The notes under the pieces: generated by a model
Database searches by the model: none
Seen by the model: only the letters and a program-made list of their open reading frames with translations
Told to the model about the DNA's origin: nothing
Program-made: the position numbers and the translations under genes
Shown here: positions 24,891-33,840 of the stretch, piece by piece
Layout of the letters: each line of letters begins with the position of its first letter
Numbering within the stretch: the stretch's first letter is position 1
NCBI GenBank assembly: GCA_020850785.1
Contig: JADZDZ010000073.1
Location: forward strand, 1-39,890
DNA length: 39,890 nucleotides
Source: Candidatus Sumerlaeota bacterium
Lineage (GTDB): Bacteria; Sumerlaeota; Sumerlaeia; SLMS01
Direction of reading: 5' to 3'

Positions 24891-26687
24891 CTATTCGCTC
24901 GTCAGCAGGTCTTCCAGTTCACCAATCGCCGCATCGAAGCGCGCGAAGGCCTGCTCCAGAACCTTCGGATCCGCCAGGTCCACACCGGCAGCCCTCACCG
25001 TATCCAGAGGGTCACGGCTGGAGCCCGATTTCAGGAAGCCAAGGTATGCGTCGCGCTTCTCCGCGCTCTCGATGATGCGCTGGGAGAAAATCTGCGCCGC
25101 CGCGAAACCGGTGGCGTACTTGTACACGTAGAAGTTGTAGTAGAAATGGGGAATCCGCGACCATTCGATTGCGATCCGGTCGTCCGTCTTCACGTGCGGC
25201 CCGTACAACTTCGCATTCATGTCGTAGTAGTATTCCTTCAACCAATCCGCCGTCAGCGATTCGCCGCTCTCCACCCGCTCGTGGATTGCCAATTCGAACT
25301 GCGCAAACATCGTCTGGCGGTACATGGTGCCGCGGAACGAATCGCACAAATGGTTGAGCAGGTATGCGCGCAGTCGCGGATCGCTCTGTGTCTTCATCAG
25401 GTAATGTTGCAGCAGCGCCTCGTTTGTTGTGCTCGCGATCTCCGCCAGGAAAATCGGGTAATCCGAATAGCGATACGGTTGGTGACGATGACTCATCAGC
25501 GTATGCATCGAATGGCCAAGCTCATGCGCCACGGTGAACACGTCATCCAGCGATGAATGATAGTTCAGCAGCATGAAGGGCTTCTGGCCGAAGGCGCCGG
25601 TGCTGTAGGCACCGCTCCGTTTTCCCTTGTTCTCGAAGATGTCGTACCAGCGCTCGTCGAACGACGCCAGAACCCCCTTCTGATATTCCTCGCCCAGAGG
25701 TTTCGTCGATTCCACCACCCACTCGCGGCACTCCTCCCAGCTCACCGACAATTCAAAATCTGGAACGATCGGCACGTGCAGGTCCCACATGTTAAGGTCG
25801 CCGCTCAGCCCAAGCTGCCTTGCGCGCACGTCCAAATAGCGGTGGAAAATCGGCAGTGCATTATGCACCGCCTTGATCAGCGAGTGATACACCGCCGTTG
25901 GAACGTTGTCGTTGAAGAGCGATGATTCCAGTGCGCTGCCAAACCTGCGCACCTTTGCGTTGAAGGCATGCGTCTTCGTCGATCCGTTCAGCGTGGAGCA
26001 GAGCACGTTCACGTGGTCGCCGTAGCCCTCGTAGATCGAACCGAAGGCGGCCTTCCGGAGCGGGCGCTCCGTGCTCTGCAGCAGCGAGAGGAAACTGCCG
26101 TTGGAAACGGCGTGCTCCGTTCCCGCTCCATCGTGCACGGACTTGAATTTCATGTCCGCATTGGTCAGCTTGCTGAATGATTCGTAGGGAATGCTGAAGA
26201 TGTCCGATGACAATCCAAGCAGCGTTTCCTCCTCGGTGCTGAGCGTGTGCGGCTTCTCGCGAAAGAGTAGGTCCATGGTGCGCCGGAATCCCTTGAGGGC
26301 CTCGTGGTCGCGCCATGCCTTCAGGGTTTCCTCCGATTGCATCAGGATTTCCGGTCGTATATACGCCGTGTCGCCGCTGATCTTCGCCCACTGGGCGCGA
26401 ATCTTTCCCATGCGCGCCTGATTTTCCCCAACAGTGGTGTCCACGTCCTCCATCATGTGCGCGTAAAGGTGCAGCTTGCCCAGCAGTAGTCCCAGTTCGT
26501 CCTCCGCCTGGAAGACCTTCGCAAGCGCCTCCGGTGTCGTCAGCTTTCCGCGCATGTCCACCACGGGTTTCAACAGCGATGGAATGCGCGAAAAATCCGC
26601 CTCCCACTCCGCCGGTGATGTATAGACTGATTCCACGTCCCATCGTGCATTCAGCGCGATTTCACTGCGTGTTGCCACTGCGGTCAT
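24891..26687 (-). CDS. pepF: Oligoendopeptidase F (M3B)
   Basis: 598 aa. HELGHSMH zinc motif in the typical M3B context (..FTVAHELGHSMHTLMS..EIASTTNE..). Confidence 0.9.
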   Translation of the reverse strand: MTAVATRSEIALNARWDVESVYTSPAEWEADFSRIPSLLKPVVDMRGKLTTPEALAKVFQAEDELGLLLGKLHLYAHMMEDVDTTVGENQARMGKIRAQWAKISGDTAYIRPEILMQSEETLKAWRDHEALKGFRRTMDLLFREKPHTLSTEEETLLGLSSDIFSIPYESFSKLTNADMKFKSVHDGAGTEHAVSNGSFLSLLQSTERPLRKAAFGSIYEGYGDHVNVLCSTLNGSTKTHAFNAKVRRFGSALESSLFNDNVPTAVYHSLIKAVHNALPIFHRYLDVRARQLGLSGDLNMWDLHVPIVPDFELSVSWEECREWVVESTKPLGEEYQKGVLASFDERWYDIFENKGKRSGAYSTGAFGQKPFMLLNYHSSLDDVFTVAHELGHSMHTLMSHRHQPYRYSDYPIFLAEIASTTNEALLQHYLMKTQSDPRLRAYLLNHLCDSFRGTMYRQTMFAQFELAIHERVESGESLTADWLKEYYYDMNAKLYGPHVKTDDRIAIEWSRIPHFYYNFYVYKYATGFAAAQIFSQRIIESAEKRDAYLGFLKSGSSRDPLDTVRAAGVDLADPKVLEQAFARFDAAIGELEDLLTSE

Positions 26688-26717
26688 GTGCCTTGTTCCA
26701 TGTTGTGATATGAACGA

Positions 26718-27713
26718 TCAGTTCGATCCCTGCGCCCGCGCCGGCATCAAGGTGTCGGGCCGCGGCGTTGGGGTTGACTGCGTTTTCGAAGCCGCGCGCT
26801 GCGGCTGGTTGCTTTCGTAGGTGTTGGCTTGCGACAGCACAACCTTCCGGTCCCCCCGCTCGGCCGTGCTCACGGGCAGCACCCAGTGAAACGACTCGCC
26901 GGAGTAAGGGTCCTTGTAGGTCGCGACAAGCGTGTAGTTGTTCCCCGGAAGTTGATCGAACGCAAAGCGCCCGTCCGAATCCGTCAATTGTTCGTCATAG
27001 GCGCGATGGTTTTTCTGTGCCAGTGCAAGCACCTGCGGAAAGCTCATCGCGCGAAGGCGCGCCTCCGCCAATTTTTCCTGTTCGACGCCGAGCATCTCCT
27101 CCAGCTTTCCCTCCACGTAGCCAAGCTTGTGAAGCCTCCGGTCAATCTGGTCGGTCGCCTCGCCGGCGCGCACTCCGCAGCGCTGGATGATCGTGTCCAA
27201 TCGCTTCTCTGATTCAAGCCTGTTGTGCTGCCAGGAAAGCATCACGTTCTCTTCGCGGATGGGATCATAAATCTGGATTTGCTCGTATCCCTTGTCCAGA
27301 AAATCGTCACGCTGCCGCGTCATTTTCTGTTCCCAATTCGCCCAGCGCTCCGCTTCCGTCTTCAGTTTCAGGCACTCCTTCAGGCTCTCCACGCGCTCCG
27401 CCAGCGCATCGGCATTCTGCTTTGCATCCGCTGCGGTGCCCCTGATTCGTTCAACGTCGCCGAGCATCGACTGGTCGTAGAGGGACACCTGCATCCCCGA
27501 CAGCATTTCGTTGCCGCGCGCCAGTTTCAGGAACGCCTCCCCGCTGATTGACGTCAGCGATGATCGTGGCGGCGCCGGCGTTTCGACGATCTTCACTTCC
27601 ACCCGTGCGGGAGTGAGCGTGCTGCGATAGACGATGGCGGCGCAGATCGAAACACCGACGATCATCACGATCGCCGCGATGATCCATGGCGTTCGTCCCG
27701 CCGCGCTCTTCAT
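26718..27713 (-). CDS. Membrane-anchored hypothetical protein with coiled-coil and a carboxypeptidase-regulatory-like beta segment
   Basis: 331 aa. N-terminal anchor PWIIAAIVMIVGVSICAAIV, a central Glu/Lys/Arg-rich helical region, and C-terminal ..TDSDGRFAFDQLPGNNYTLVATY.. (CarboxypepD_reg-like motif). The start overlaps the pgl stop by 4 nt. Confidence 0.6.
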   Translation of the reverse strand: MKSAAGRTPWIIAAIVMIVGVSICAAIVYRSTLTPARVEVKIVETPAPPRSSLTSISGEAFLKLARGNEMLSGMQVSLYDQSMLGDVERIRGTAADAKQNADALAERVESLKECLKLKTEAERWANWEQKMTRQRDDFLDKGYEQIQIYDPIREENVMLSWQHNRLESEKRLDTIIQRCGVRAGEATDQIDRRLHKLGYVEGKLEEMLGVEQEKLAEARLRAMSFPQVLALAQKNHRAYDEQLTDSDGRFAFDQLPGNNYTLVATYKDPYSGESFHWVLPVSTAERGDRKVVLSQANTYESNQPQRAASKTQSTPTPRPDTLMPARAQGSN

Positions 27714-28459
27714 TGCACGCCGACACTCTTGGGAAGGAGCGATGCCGCCGCCTCATCCAGCAGCCACTGCACGTTCTCCCCGCGCACCCGCGTTATGGGA
27801 AACTCACCGCCGGTGCCGTCGAAAATTCGCCTCAGCACCGTGGCCTTGTTGCCGCCGGTGCACAGGATGACAACCCTCCTTGCAGCGTTCAGCACCGGAA
27901 AGGTGAGCGTGAGCCGCCAGGTGTTCAACTGGCGCACTTCGTTTGCGATGAAGCCGGGAGCCGTGTTCGTCAGGCCCGCCGTGTTCGGAAACAACGACGC
28001 CGTGTGGCCGTCCGTCCCCATTCCCAGAAAAATCAGGTCGAACACCGGCACGCCCGCAGCGTTCGTTTGTGCGTGATCGTGCAGGCGATGCGTCAAGCGC
28101 GCGGCTTCCTCATCCAGATTCGCCGCCGCGCCATCGGGCGCCACCAAGTGTGAATGGGGAATCTTCAGGGCGCGCACGAAGCCGCTCACGGCAAGTTCCA
28201 CGTTGGAATCCGCATGATAATTGTCCACGGTGCGTTCATCGCCGAAGAAATAGAACGCACTCCGCAGCGCCTCCGCATCCTCCGCTGATGAGCCGCGAAG
28301 CACGTCGTACATCGTCTTCGGCGTTGAACCGCCGCTCAGCGCCACCAGCGCGCCGCTCCTTCCCCGCGCCGTCTCAATCAGGCAGCGTGCCCCCTCCTGC
28401 GCGACGCCCTCTGCGGACGAAAGAATCTTCACCTGCAAGTTATCACTCACCGACGTCAT
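27710..28459 (-). CDS. pgl: 6-phosphogluconolactonase
   Basis: 249 aa. LSGGSTPKTMY, FFGDERTV and LIFLGMGTDGHTASLFP motifs. Confidence 0.9.
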   Translation of the reverse strand: MTSVSDNLQVKILSSAEGVAQEGARCLIETARGRSGALVALSGGSTPKTMYDVLRGSSAEDAEALRSAFYFFGDERTVDNYHADSNVELAVSGFVRALKIPHSHLVAPDGAAANLDEEAARLTHRLHDHAQTNAAGVPVFDLIFLGMGTDGHTASLFPNTAGLTNTAPGFIANEVRQLNTWRLTLTFPVLNAARRVVILCTGGNKATVLRRIFDGTGGEFPITRVRGENVQWLLDEAAASLLPKSVGVQ

Positions 28460-29577
28460 TTCCCGAAATGCTCCAATAATGGAATAGCCAATTCCGCCGT
28501 TTCGCGGAAGTAAAAGACACGCGACGGAGTGTTGAGCGCGATCCCAACCGCATCCGCCTCGTCATTTTCCGAAAGACTGATATTGCGATGGTAGGTCTGC
28601 TTTCCCGCGCGGCTGCAACAGAGGCTCATCGCCTTCACGCCCGTCCCGCTGTGCAGCGAAACCTCCACCGTCTGCCCCTCGTCGTCGAACAGCCGGATCG
28701 TGTCAAGCGTGCCGCAGTTCGCGTGATCCTGCTGCGGGGTCTTCAGCGTAATTTCCACCGGACCGTCGGCGGAAAGGTAGGAGCATGATCCATTGCCACC
28801 AGCGGGGGCGGGCTTCCATCGCAGCTTCGCCGCAAGCCAGCCCACAATCATCGCGCCAACAATTTCCGCCAGTGATCCCGTGGCATCGTTCGTGAAGGCG
28901 CTGATCTCCACCCTGCGAATCCTTGATAGCTGGAACGAATTCGCCGGATCATCGAAGAACGCCGCCATCTGCTCCCGCACGGGGCGCATGCGAAACCACG
29001 ACAGGTCGAACTCCGACAGCGAGGATTCCACCATGCGCCTCAGCAGCAGCGACGGCCTGCTGGAAATCGACGCCTGAAAGAGAATGCGGTCGCAGTATTT
29101 CTCCAGCTCCGTCGCCTGCTTCAACTCCACGTCGCCAAGGCTGCTCCACAGGATCGTCTGCAGGTCCGCAATCAACAGCGGTGCCACGCATCCGTGCAGG
29201 TGCTTTGCGCCGTTTGGCCCGAACGTCATGTGAATCACTTCGCAGCAAACCGGCACCTCATTCTTCTTCGGAACAAAGCACTGGGCGTTCACCGCAGCCT
29301 GAATGCTCGCTCCCGTCTCGTCGGGTTGGTACTCCAGAAGAAAGAGGCGGCACGGATATACAGGCACAACTTTCTGGATGACTGCGCGCAGCCGGTCCAT
29401 GTGCGTAGTCGCCGCGATGCAGATCACATTGCCAAGCACCACGCGGGAGACGGAATTCGTCCCGCCGTCGCCGCCGGAAACCGGCTTCCACAGCGATGAC
29501 AATTCGCGTTCGATCTGATCCGGCGACAGCGTCACGCTGTGGCCGTTTAGGAACATTGCAAAGGAGTCCACTGCCAT
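28456..29577 (-). CDS. opcA: OpcA-like protein (putative glucose-6-phosphate dehydrogenase assembly factor)
   Basis: 373 aa. N-terminal ..SPDQIERELSSLW..SRVVLGNVICIA.. resembles OpcA N-termini. It overlaps the pgl start by 4 nt, and opcA-pgl synteny is typical. The family call is by eye. Confidence 0.55.
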   Translation of the reverse strand: MAVDSFAMFLNGHSVTLSPDQIERELSSLWKPVSGGDGGTNSVSRVVLGNVICIAATTHMDRLRAVIQKVVPVYPCRLFLLEYQPDETGASIQAAVNAQCFVPKKNEVPVCCEVIHMTFGPNGAKHLHGCVAPLLIADLQTILWSSLGDVELKQATELEKYCDRILFQASISSRPSLLLRRMVESSLSEFDLSWFRMRPVREQMAAFFDDPANSFQLSRIRRVEISAFTNDATGSLAEIVGAMIVGWLAAKLRWKPAPAGGNGSCSYLSADGPVEITLKTPQQDHANCGTLDTIRLFDDEGQTVEVSLHSGTGVKAMSLCCSRAGKQTYHRNISLSENDEADAVGIALNTPSRVFYFRETAELAIPLLEHFGK

Positions 29578-29597
29578 TGTTGCGTATTGTCCTTAGG

Positions 29598-30131
29598 TCA
29601 TGGAACCGGCGTCGGGACGACGATCCCGTCCGGCACGGTTTTCAGAATCTTCTGTCGTTCCGCCTGATACTTTCGGTCATAGGCTGCAAATTCGTCGGGA
29701 GGGAGGTTCTTCTTCGCATTCTGGCGCCGCTTCTCAAAACGTGCGGCGATTTTTCCCGGCACCAGCGCCCGCGCCTTGAGCTTCTGCATCGGCGTCAGCA
29801 CCGATTCCGCCTTGTACAGCCGGTTCAGCCGTTCCTGAAAATCCTTCGGCGGGCTGTCACCCTTCAGGATCACATCGATTTTCTTTTCCTGCTCCGGCGT
29901 GATTCCGATCTGCCGCGCCAGCGCCAACCGTTCCTGTTCGGTGAACAGGGAGCCCTCGCCGTTGGGTGCCGGCTTCGCGAAGGGGGACAATCGTCCCGAA
30001 TCCGTTTCCCCCTCCACTTTCTCCGGCGGCAGCCCATAGACCGCCGCCCGCACCTTCGGCCAGGCAAAGACGCCCATCGCCACGACTGCCAGTAGGGCAA
30101 AGATTCCGATGGCTTTTTGTTTGCTGGTCAC
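29598..30131 (-). CDS. Membrane-anchored hypothetical protein
   Basis: 177 aa. N-terminal anchor AIGIFALLAVVAMGVFAW, then a Lys/Glu/Pro-rich helical region with repeated ..TPEQ/TPMQK.. segments. First gene of the long minus-strand operon 30131..22823. Confidence 0.55.
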   Translation of the reverse strand: MTSKQKAIGIFALLAVVAMGVFAWPKVRAAVYGLPPEKVEGETDSGRLSPFAKPAPNGEGSLFTEQERLALARQIGITPEQEKKIDVILKGDSPPKDFQERLNRLYKAESVLTPMQKLKARALVPGKIAARFEKRRQNAKKNLPPDEFAAYDRKYQAERQKILKTVPDGIVVPTPVP

Positions 30132-30311
30132 TGCGCGGAAATCCTGTCCTGCGGCCCATTGCCGCCCCGGCTCTTGGGTCGTTCAAGAGGCCGGAAAAGT
30201 CCAGTGGAACGTGCGCAGCCGGCCCAGTCGCTCAAGAAGCGCTTGCCTTGAAACCCGGCCCGAAACCACCCTGCTTCCACTACTGTTCGAGGCAACCCGC
30301 AAAACCCTCCC

Positions 30312-31466
30312 ATGAAGATCAACAAGCCCAAACATCCCGTCGTGATCATTGGCGCCGGTATCGCCGGCCTCGCCGCCGCGCAAACGCTTCAGGAACTAGG
30401 CATCCCGCATCTCATTCTGGAGCGCACCTCCGTCCCCGGCGGCCGACTGGCCAGCCAGTACGGCGAAGGCTGGATCGCAGATCACGGAACCCAGTATGTT
30501 GAGCAGAAGGACACAACGATCCTTGATCTGATCCGCAAGGTCGGCATGGAGGAAAACCGGGTCTCCATTCAGGGCGGCATCCTGAAGCTGAACGCGGACC
30601 GCACCATCTCCACGCCGCCCGGCGGGGGCATCGACCTGCGACGCCTGTGTATCGACTACGGCTTTGGCGCCTTCACCGACCGCCTCGCACAGATGCGCAA
30701 TGTTCGCTACGGCACGCACGTCAGCGCCGTCCGCTGGGACAATGACGACAAGACCTTCTGGTGGGAAAAGGAAGGCAAGGTGTTCTGGTTTGAGGATCAC
30801 GAAGGGAAACCCATCGCCGATCCCGTGACGCAGAAACTCGTCCTCGGCAGCGGCCTCATCATCGCCACGACACCCACGGTCGCCTCCACGATCGCGAACA
30901 ACAGCCCCTCGCTCGCGCTCATCGCTCCGCTCCTTTCGGAAGTGCACTTGAGCGCAAACCTGACCGCCGTCTTCAAGGTTCCCCATCAGCCCGGCAACTA
31001 CTACGCGCTGAAGGGAGAGCCCGGAGCGCGCATCAAGTGGCTTGCCTTCGAAGACCGCAAGGCACCGGAACGCATCGCCTCCGAATTTTCCCTCCTCGTT
31101 GTCACTGCAAGTGATGAATGGAGCGCGAAGTTGCTGAAGGAGGATGCCGAAACGGCGCTCGCGGAGCTTTGGGTGGAGACGCGCAACGTGTTGCCGTCGC
31201 TGCCGGAACTCCCACTGGACCAAATGTGGAAGAAATGGTCTGCCGCAGTGCTCACCTCCAAGCCCCTCGGCCAGCCGCTTCAGCGCGGAATCGCCAGCGG
31301 GCATTGGCCCACGAACCCCGACTACGCACCGTTCGCGCTTGCGGGCGATTACATCCACGGTCATGACGCCGATGACGCCGCCCGTTCAGGCGTTGAGGCG
31401 GCCTACATCGTCGCCTCCCAGCTTCCGAAGAAGCGCCACATCCTCGGCCTTGAAATCCCGGCGTAA
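30312..31466 (+). CDS. FAD/NAD(P)-binding oxidoreductase (amine-oxidase/renalase-like)
   Basis: 384 aa. N-terminal dinucleotide fold VVIIGAGIAGLAAA..ILERTSVPGGR and C-terminal ..ALAGDYIHG... Substrate unknown. Confidence 0.75.
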   Translation: MKINKPKHPVVIIGAGIAGLAAAQTLQELGIPHLILERTSVPGGRLASQYGEGWIADHGTQYVEQKDTTILDLIRKVGMEENRVSIQGGILKLNADRTISTPPGGGIDLRRLCIDYGFGAFTDRLAQMRNVRYGTHVSAVRWDNDDKTFWWEKEGKVFWFEDHEGKPIADPVTQKLVLGSGLIIATTPTVASTIANNSPSLALIAPLLSEVHLSANLTAVFKVPHQPGNYYALKGEPGARIKWLAFEDRKAPERIASEFSLLVVTASDEWSAKLLKEDAETALAELWVETRNVLPSLPELPLDQMWKKWSAAVLTSKPLGQPLQRGIASGHWPTNPDYAPFALAGDYIHGHDADDAARSGVEAAYIVASQLPKKRHILGLEIPA

Positions 31467-31494
31467 TTTTTGGTCGGCACAAAATTGTGGTTTG

Positions 31495-31525
31495 AAGGCG
31501 CGGGCATTTCGTCCGCGCCTTTTTT
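31495..31525 (+). terminator. Intrinsic terminator after the FAD oxidoreductase gene
   Basis: Stem AAGGCGCGG (31495..31503) paired with CCGCGCCTT (31513..31521), a 9-nt loop, and a T-run 31520..31525. Confidence 0.8.
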
Positions 31526-31576
31526 GTGACGCGGTGAAATCAATTCATGAGGACGTGACGGGAAAGGAAGGCCTCT

Positions 31577-32395
31577 TCATTTTTTCATCCTCCCTTTCGC
31601 AGCCTTCAATATCGCAGCCGCGTCCAATTCCCATTTCCCTTCGCGATCGTAAATTTCCAGAAATTTCTTCAGGTCCTCCTCCACAAGACCGGACGTGATC
31701 AACGATTCCGCAAGCTGCCTCATTGCCCGATCCCGCTCCCCCCTACTGACGGCGCGCCCGCAGCGCGAACCGTCCAGATCAATCAGTGCCCAGCAGCGCG
31801 TCGGCGGCTCGCCCGCCGCGATGCAATCGCGATCCATGAACAAATGGTCGCTGCGGTAATCGGAATGCAGCACCCCGCGCTCGTGCAGCAGGCGCGTGAA
31901 CATCGCAAGGCTCTCCCATTCCGCTGCAAACGTGCGTGATCCCTTGAAGAATTCCTTCGCGACCTTCCAGCGTTCCGGCAGCGCCCGCGTGGCGTAGAAA
32001 ATGGCGCGCGCGGATTCGCTCTTCATCGGCGCCTCGCTGTAGTAGAGCGGTTCCGGCACCGTGAATCCGGCGCGCAGGAACGCCCCCGCCAGCTCGAATT
32101 CGCGCAATTCCTTTGAATCGCGGAACCTTGCAGCCAGTTGGCGGAATGCCCCGCGCAGCAGGCTGCGCTTCACGTAGATGCGCTGCGGCGCTCCGTTGCG
32201 GTCCACAAAGGTCAGGCCGACCACCGTGCGTGCCCGCGAAACCTTCGCCACGTCGCGATCGGGAAAATCGCGGGGATTTTTCCGCATTTCACGCCATGGC
32301 AGCGCCAGCGGATCGAACGCCTCCAGCGACGCGACGCAACGCCGCGACTCATAGGGCGGCGGCGCATCGTTCAACATTTGTTCCGTCGGCTGCAT
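31577..32395 (-). CDS. Lipopolysaccharide kinase (Kdo/WaaP/InaA) family protein
   Basis: 272 aa from ATG 32395. ..RIYVKRS.. (Lys), catalytic-loop-like GVLHSDYRSDHLF, and ..ALIDLDGS.. (DFG-equivalent). The track's longer ORF (to 32914) adds non-protein-like sequence that overlaps the divergent TPR gene. Confidence 0.7.
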   Translation of the reverse strand: MQPTEQMLNDAPPPYESRRCVASLEAFDPLALPWREMRKNPRDFPDRDVAKVSRARTVVGLTFVDRNGAPQRIYVKRSLLRGAFRQLAARFRDSKELREFELAGAFLRAGFTVPEPLYYSEAPMKSESARAIFYATRALPERWKVAKEFFKGSRTFAAEWESLAMFTRLLHERGVLHSDYRSDHLFMDRDCIAAGEPPTRCWALIDLDGSRCGRAVSRGERDRAMRQLAESLITSGLVEEDLKKFLEIYDREGKWELDAAAILKAAKGRMKK

Positions 32396-32449
32396 TGGGG
32401 AAATTTCGCGGTTTCGATGGACTTGACGCCCCGCCGGGGTGACACGGAA

Positions 32450-32812
32450 ATGAACGAAACAGCGGGCCTTGGTGCAACCCTCATGGCATTCACAGCAGAG
32501 GAAAAGATCCAGCAGCTTGAGAAACTCGTGGAACTGGATCCCAGCGACTACCTCGGCTACTTCATGCTCGCCAAGCTGTACATCGAAACAAAGAACTTTC
32601 CCGCCGCCGTCGTCGCTGCGGATCGCTGCATCGAACTGAAGCCGGATTACTCCGCAGGCTATCGCGCATGTGGTGACGCCCACCGCCTTGCGGGCGAAAA
32701 GGAACGCGCCCGCGAAGTCTACACGCGTGGCATCACCGTGGCCGAAGCAAACCGGGACCTTCAAACCGTGAAGGAAATGAAAATGTTCCTGAAGAAGCTC
32801 GGCCCGCCATGA
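32450..32812 (+). CDS. Small tetratricopeptide-repeat protein
   Basis: 120 aa from ATG 32450. TPR-like helices: ..DPSDYLGYFMLAKLYIETKNFPAAVVAADRCIELKPDYSAGYRACGDAHRLAGEKERAREVY... The stop overlaps the GT2 start (ATGA). The start is uncertain. Confidence 0.65.
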   Translation: MNETAGLGATLMAFTAEEKIQQLEKLVELDPSDYLGYFMLAKLYIETKNFPAAVVAADRCIELKPDYSAGYRACGDAHRLAGEKERAREVYTRGITVAEANRDLQTVKEMKMFLKKLGPP

Positions 32813-33840
32813 CAACCAACGCTCCAACACCGCTCGAACGTCCTGAACGTCCCTTTCTGTCGGTCGTGATTCCCTGCTACAACGAGGAGGAATCGCTTCC
32901 ACATCTTTATGCACGCCTCACGAAGGTGCTGCAGAAAGCGACGGATCGCTACGAGATCGTTTTCTCCAACGATGGCAGCCGTGACCAGACGCTGATGGTC
33001 ATACGCGATCTCGTCTCCAAGGACCCGCATGTGCGCGGCGTAGACCTTTCGCGCAATTTCGGTCATCAGGTGTGCCTTACCGCGGGCCTTGATGCGGCGC
33101 GCGGCGAGGCGATCGTGATGATGGATGCCGATTTGCAGGACCCACCCGAACTGATTCCGCGCCTTGTCGCAAAATGGCGGCTGGGCGCCGATGTTGTCTA
33201 TGCCGTGCGCAAGAAGCGCCATGGCGAGGGAGCCTTCAAGCGCGCGACCGCCGCGATTTTTTACCGCGTGCTGCGCTACTTCACGCGCATCAGCATTCCC
33301 GTGGACACCGGTGATTTCCGCCTGATCGACCGCCGCGCTCTGGATGCCGTGCTTGCGATCCGCGAATCGAATCGCTTCCTGCGCGGCCTGTTCACCTGGG
33401 TGGGATTCCGTCAGGAACCCGTCTACTACGTGCGCCAACGGCGCCACGCAGGCGAAACAAAATATCCACTGACGAAGATGATGCGCTTTGCCATGGACGG
33501 CATCACCAGCTTTTCCTCCGTGCCACTTCGCTTCGCCATGTGGGTTGGGCTCGCGTCTTCCGCGCTCGCTTTCCTCTACGGCCTGCGCGTGATCTACACG
33601 GGCCTCTTCGGCGGCGGCGTTCCCGGCTGGGCTTCCACCACCGTCAGCGTTCTCTTCTTCGGCGGTGTGCAGCTTTTCACCATTGGCCTGCTGGGCGAAT
33701 ACATCGGGCGCATCTTCGACGAAGTGAAACGGCGCCCGCTCTACCTTGTTCGTGAAGTGATCGAAAACAAAAGCGTCACCGCGCAGCGCGCGGAGTCCAA
33801 AATCATTCCTGCCTACGATGCGCAGAAAGGGACGTCATGA
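32809..33840 (+). CDS. GT2 polyprenyl-phosphate glycosyltransferase (ArnC/GtrB/DPM1-like)
   Basis: 343 aa. LSVVIPCYNEEE, DADLQDPPELI (DxD), and two C-terminal TM helices (FAMWVGLASSALAFLYGL; VLFFGGVQLFTIGLLGEYIGRIF). This is the characteristic ArnC/GtrB layout. Confidence 0.85.
   Translation: MTTNAPTPLERPERPFLSVVIPCYNEEESLPHLYARLTKVLQKATDRYEIVFSNDGSRDQTLMVIRDLVSKDPHVRGVDLSRNFGHQVCLTAGLDAARGEAIVMMDADLQDPPELIPRLVAKWRLGADVVYAVRKKRHGEGAFKRATAAIFYRVLRYFTRISIPVDTGDFRLIDRRALDAVLAIRESNRFLRGLFTWVGFRQEPVYYVRQRRHAGETKYPLTKMMRFAMDGITSFSSVPLRFAMWVGLASSALAFLYGLRVIYTGLFGGGVPGWASTTVSVLFFGGVQLFTIGLLGEYIGRIFDEVKRRPLYLVREVIENKSVTAQRAESKIIPAYDAQKGTS

Noticed and set aside
31577-32395. Possibility that this kinase-fold protein is the missing Ser/Thr kinase feeding the FHA domains of the tad locus
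   Set aside because: By eye its motifs fit the Kdo/WaaP/InaA lipopolysaccharide-kinase family rather than Hanks-type STKs. It lies ~20 kb from the tad genes and is divergently adjacent to a glycan operon. There is no evidence in the sequence for a link. It remains testable but should not be claimed.
32396-32914. N-terminal 173 codons of the 445-aa ORF 31577..32914
   Set aside because: The sequence upstream of the internal ATG at 32395 is low-complexity and non-protein-like. It overlaps the divergent TPR and GT2 genes. The kinase-fold similarity begins after MQPTEQ. Similar 5' over-extensions were trimmed for 14687..15457 (bcp), 35674..36456 (acetyltransferase), 37439..38623 (aminotransferase) and 11897 (flp).
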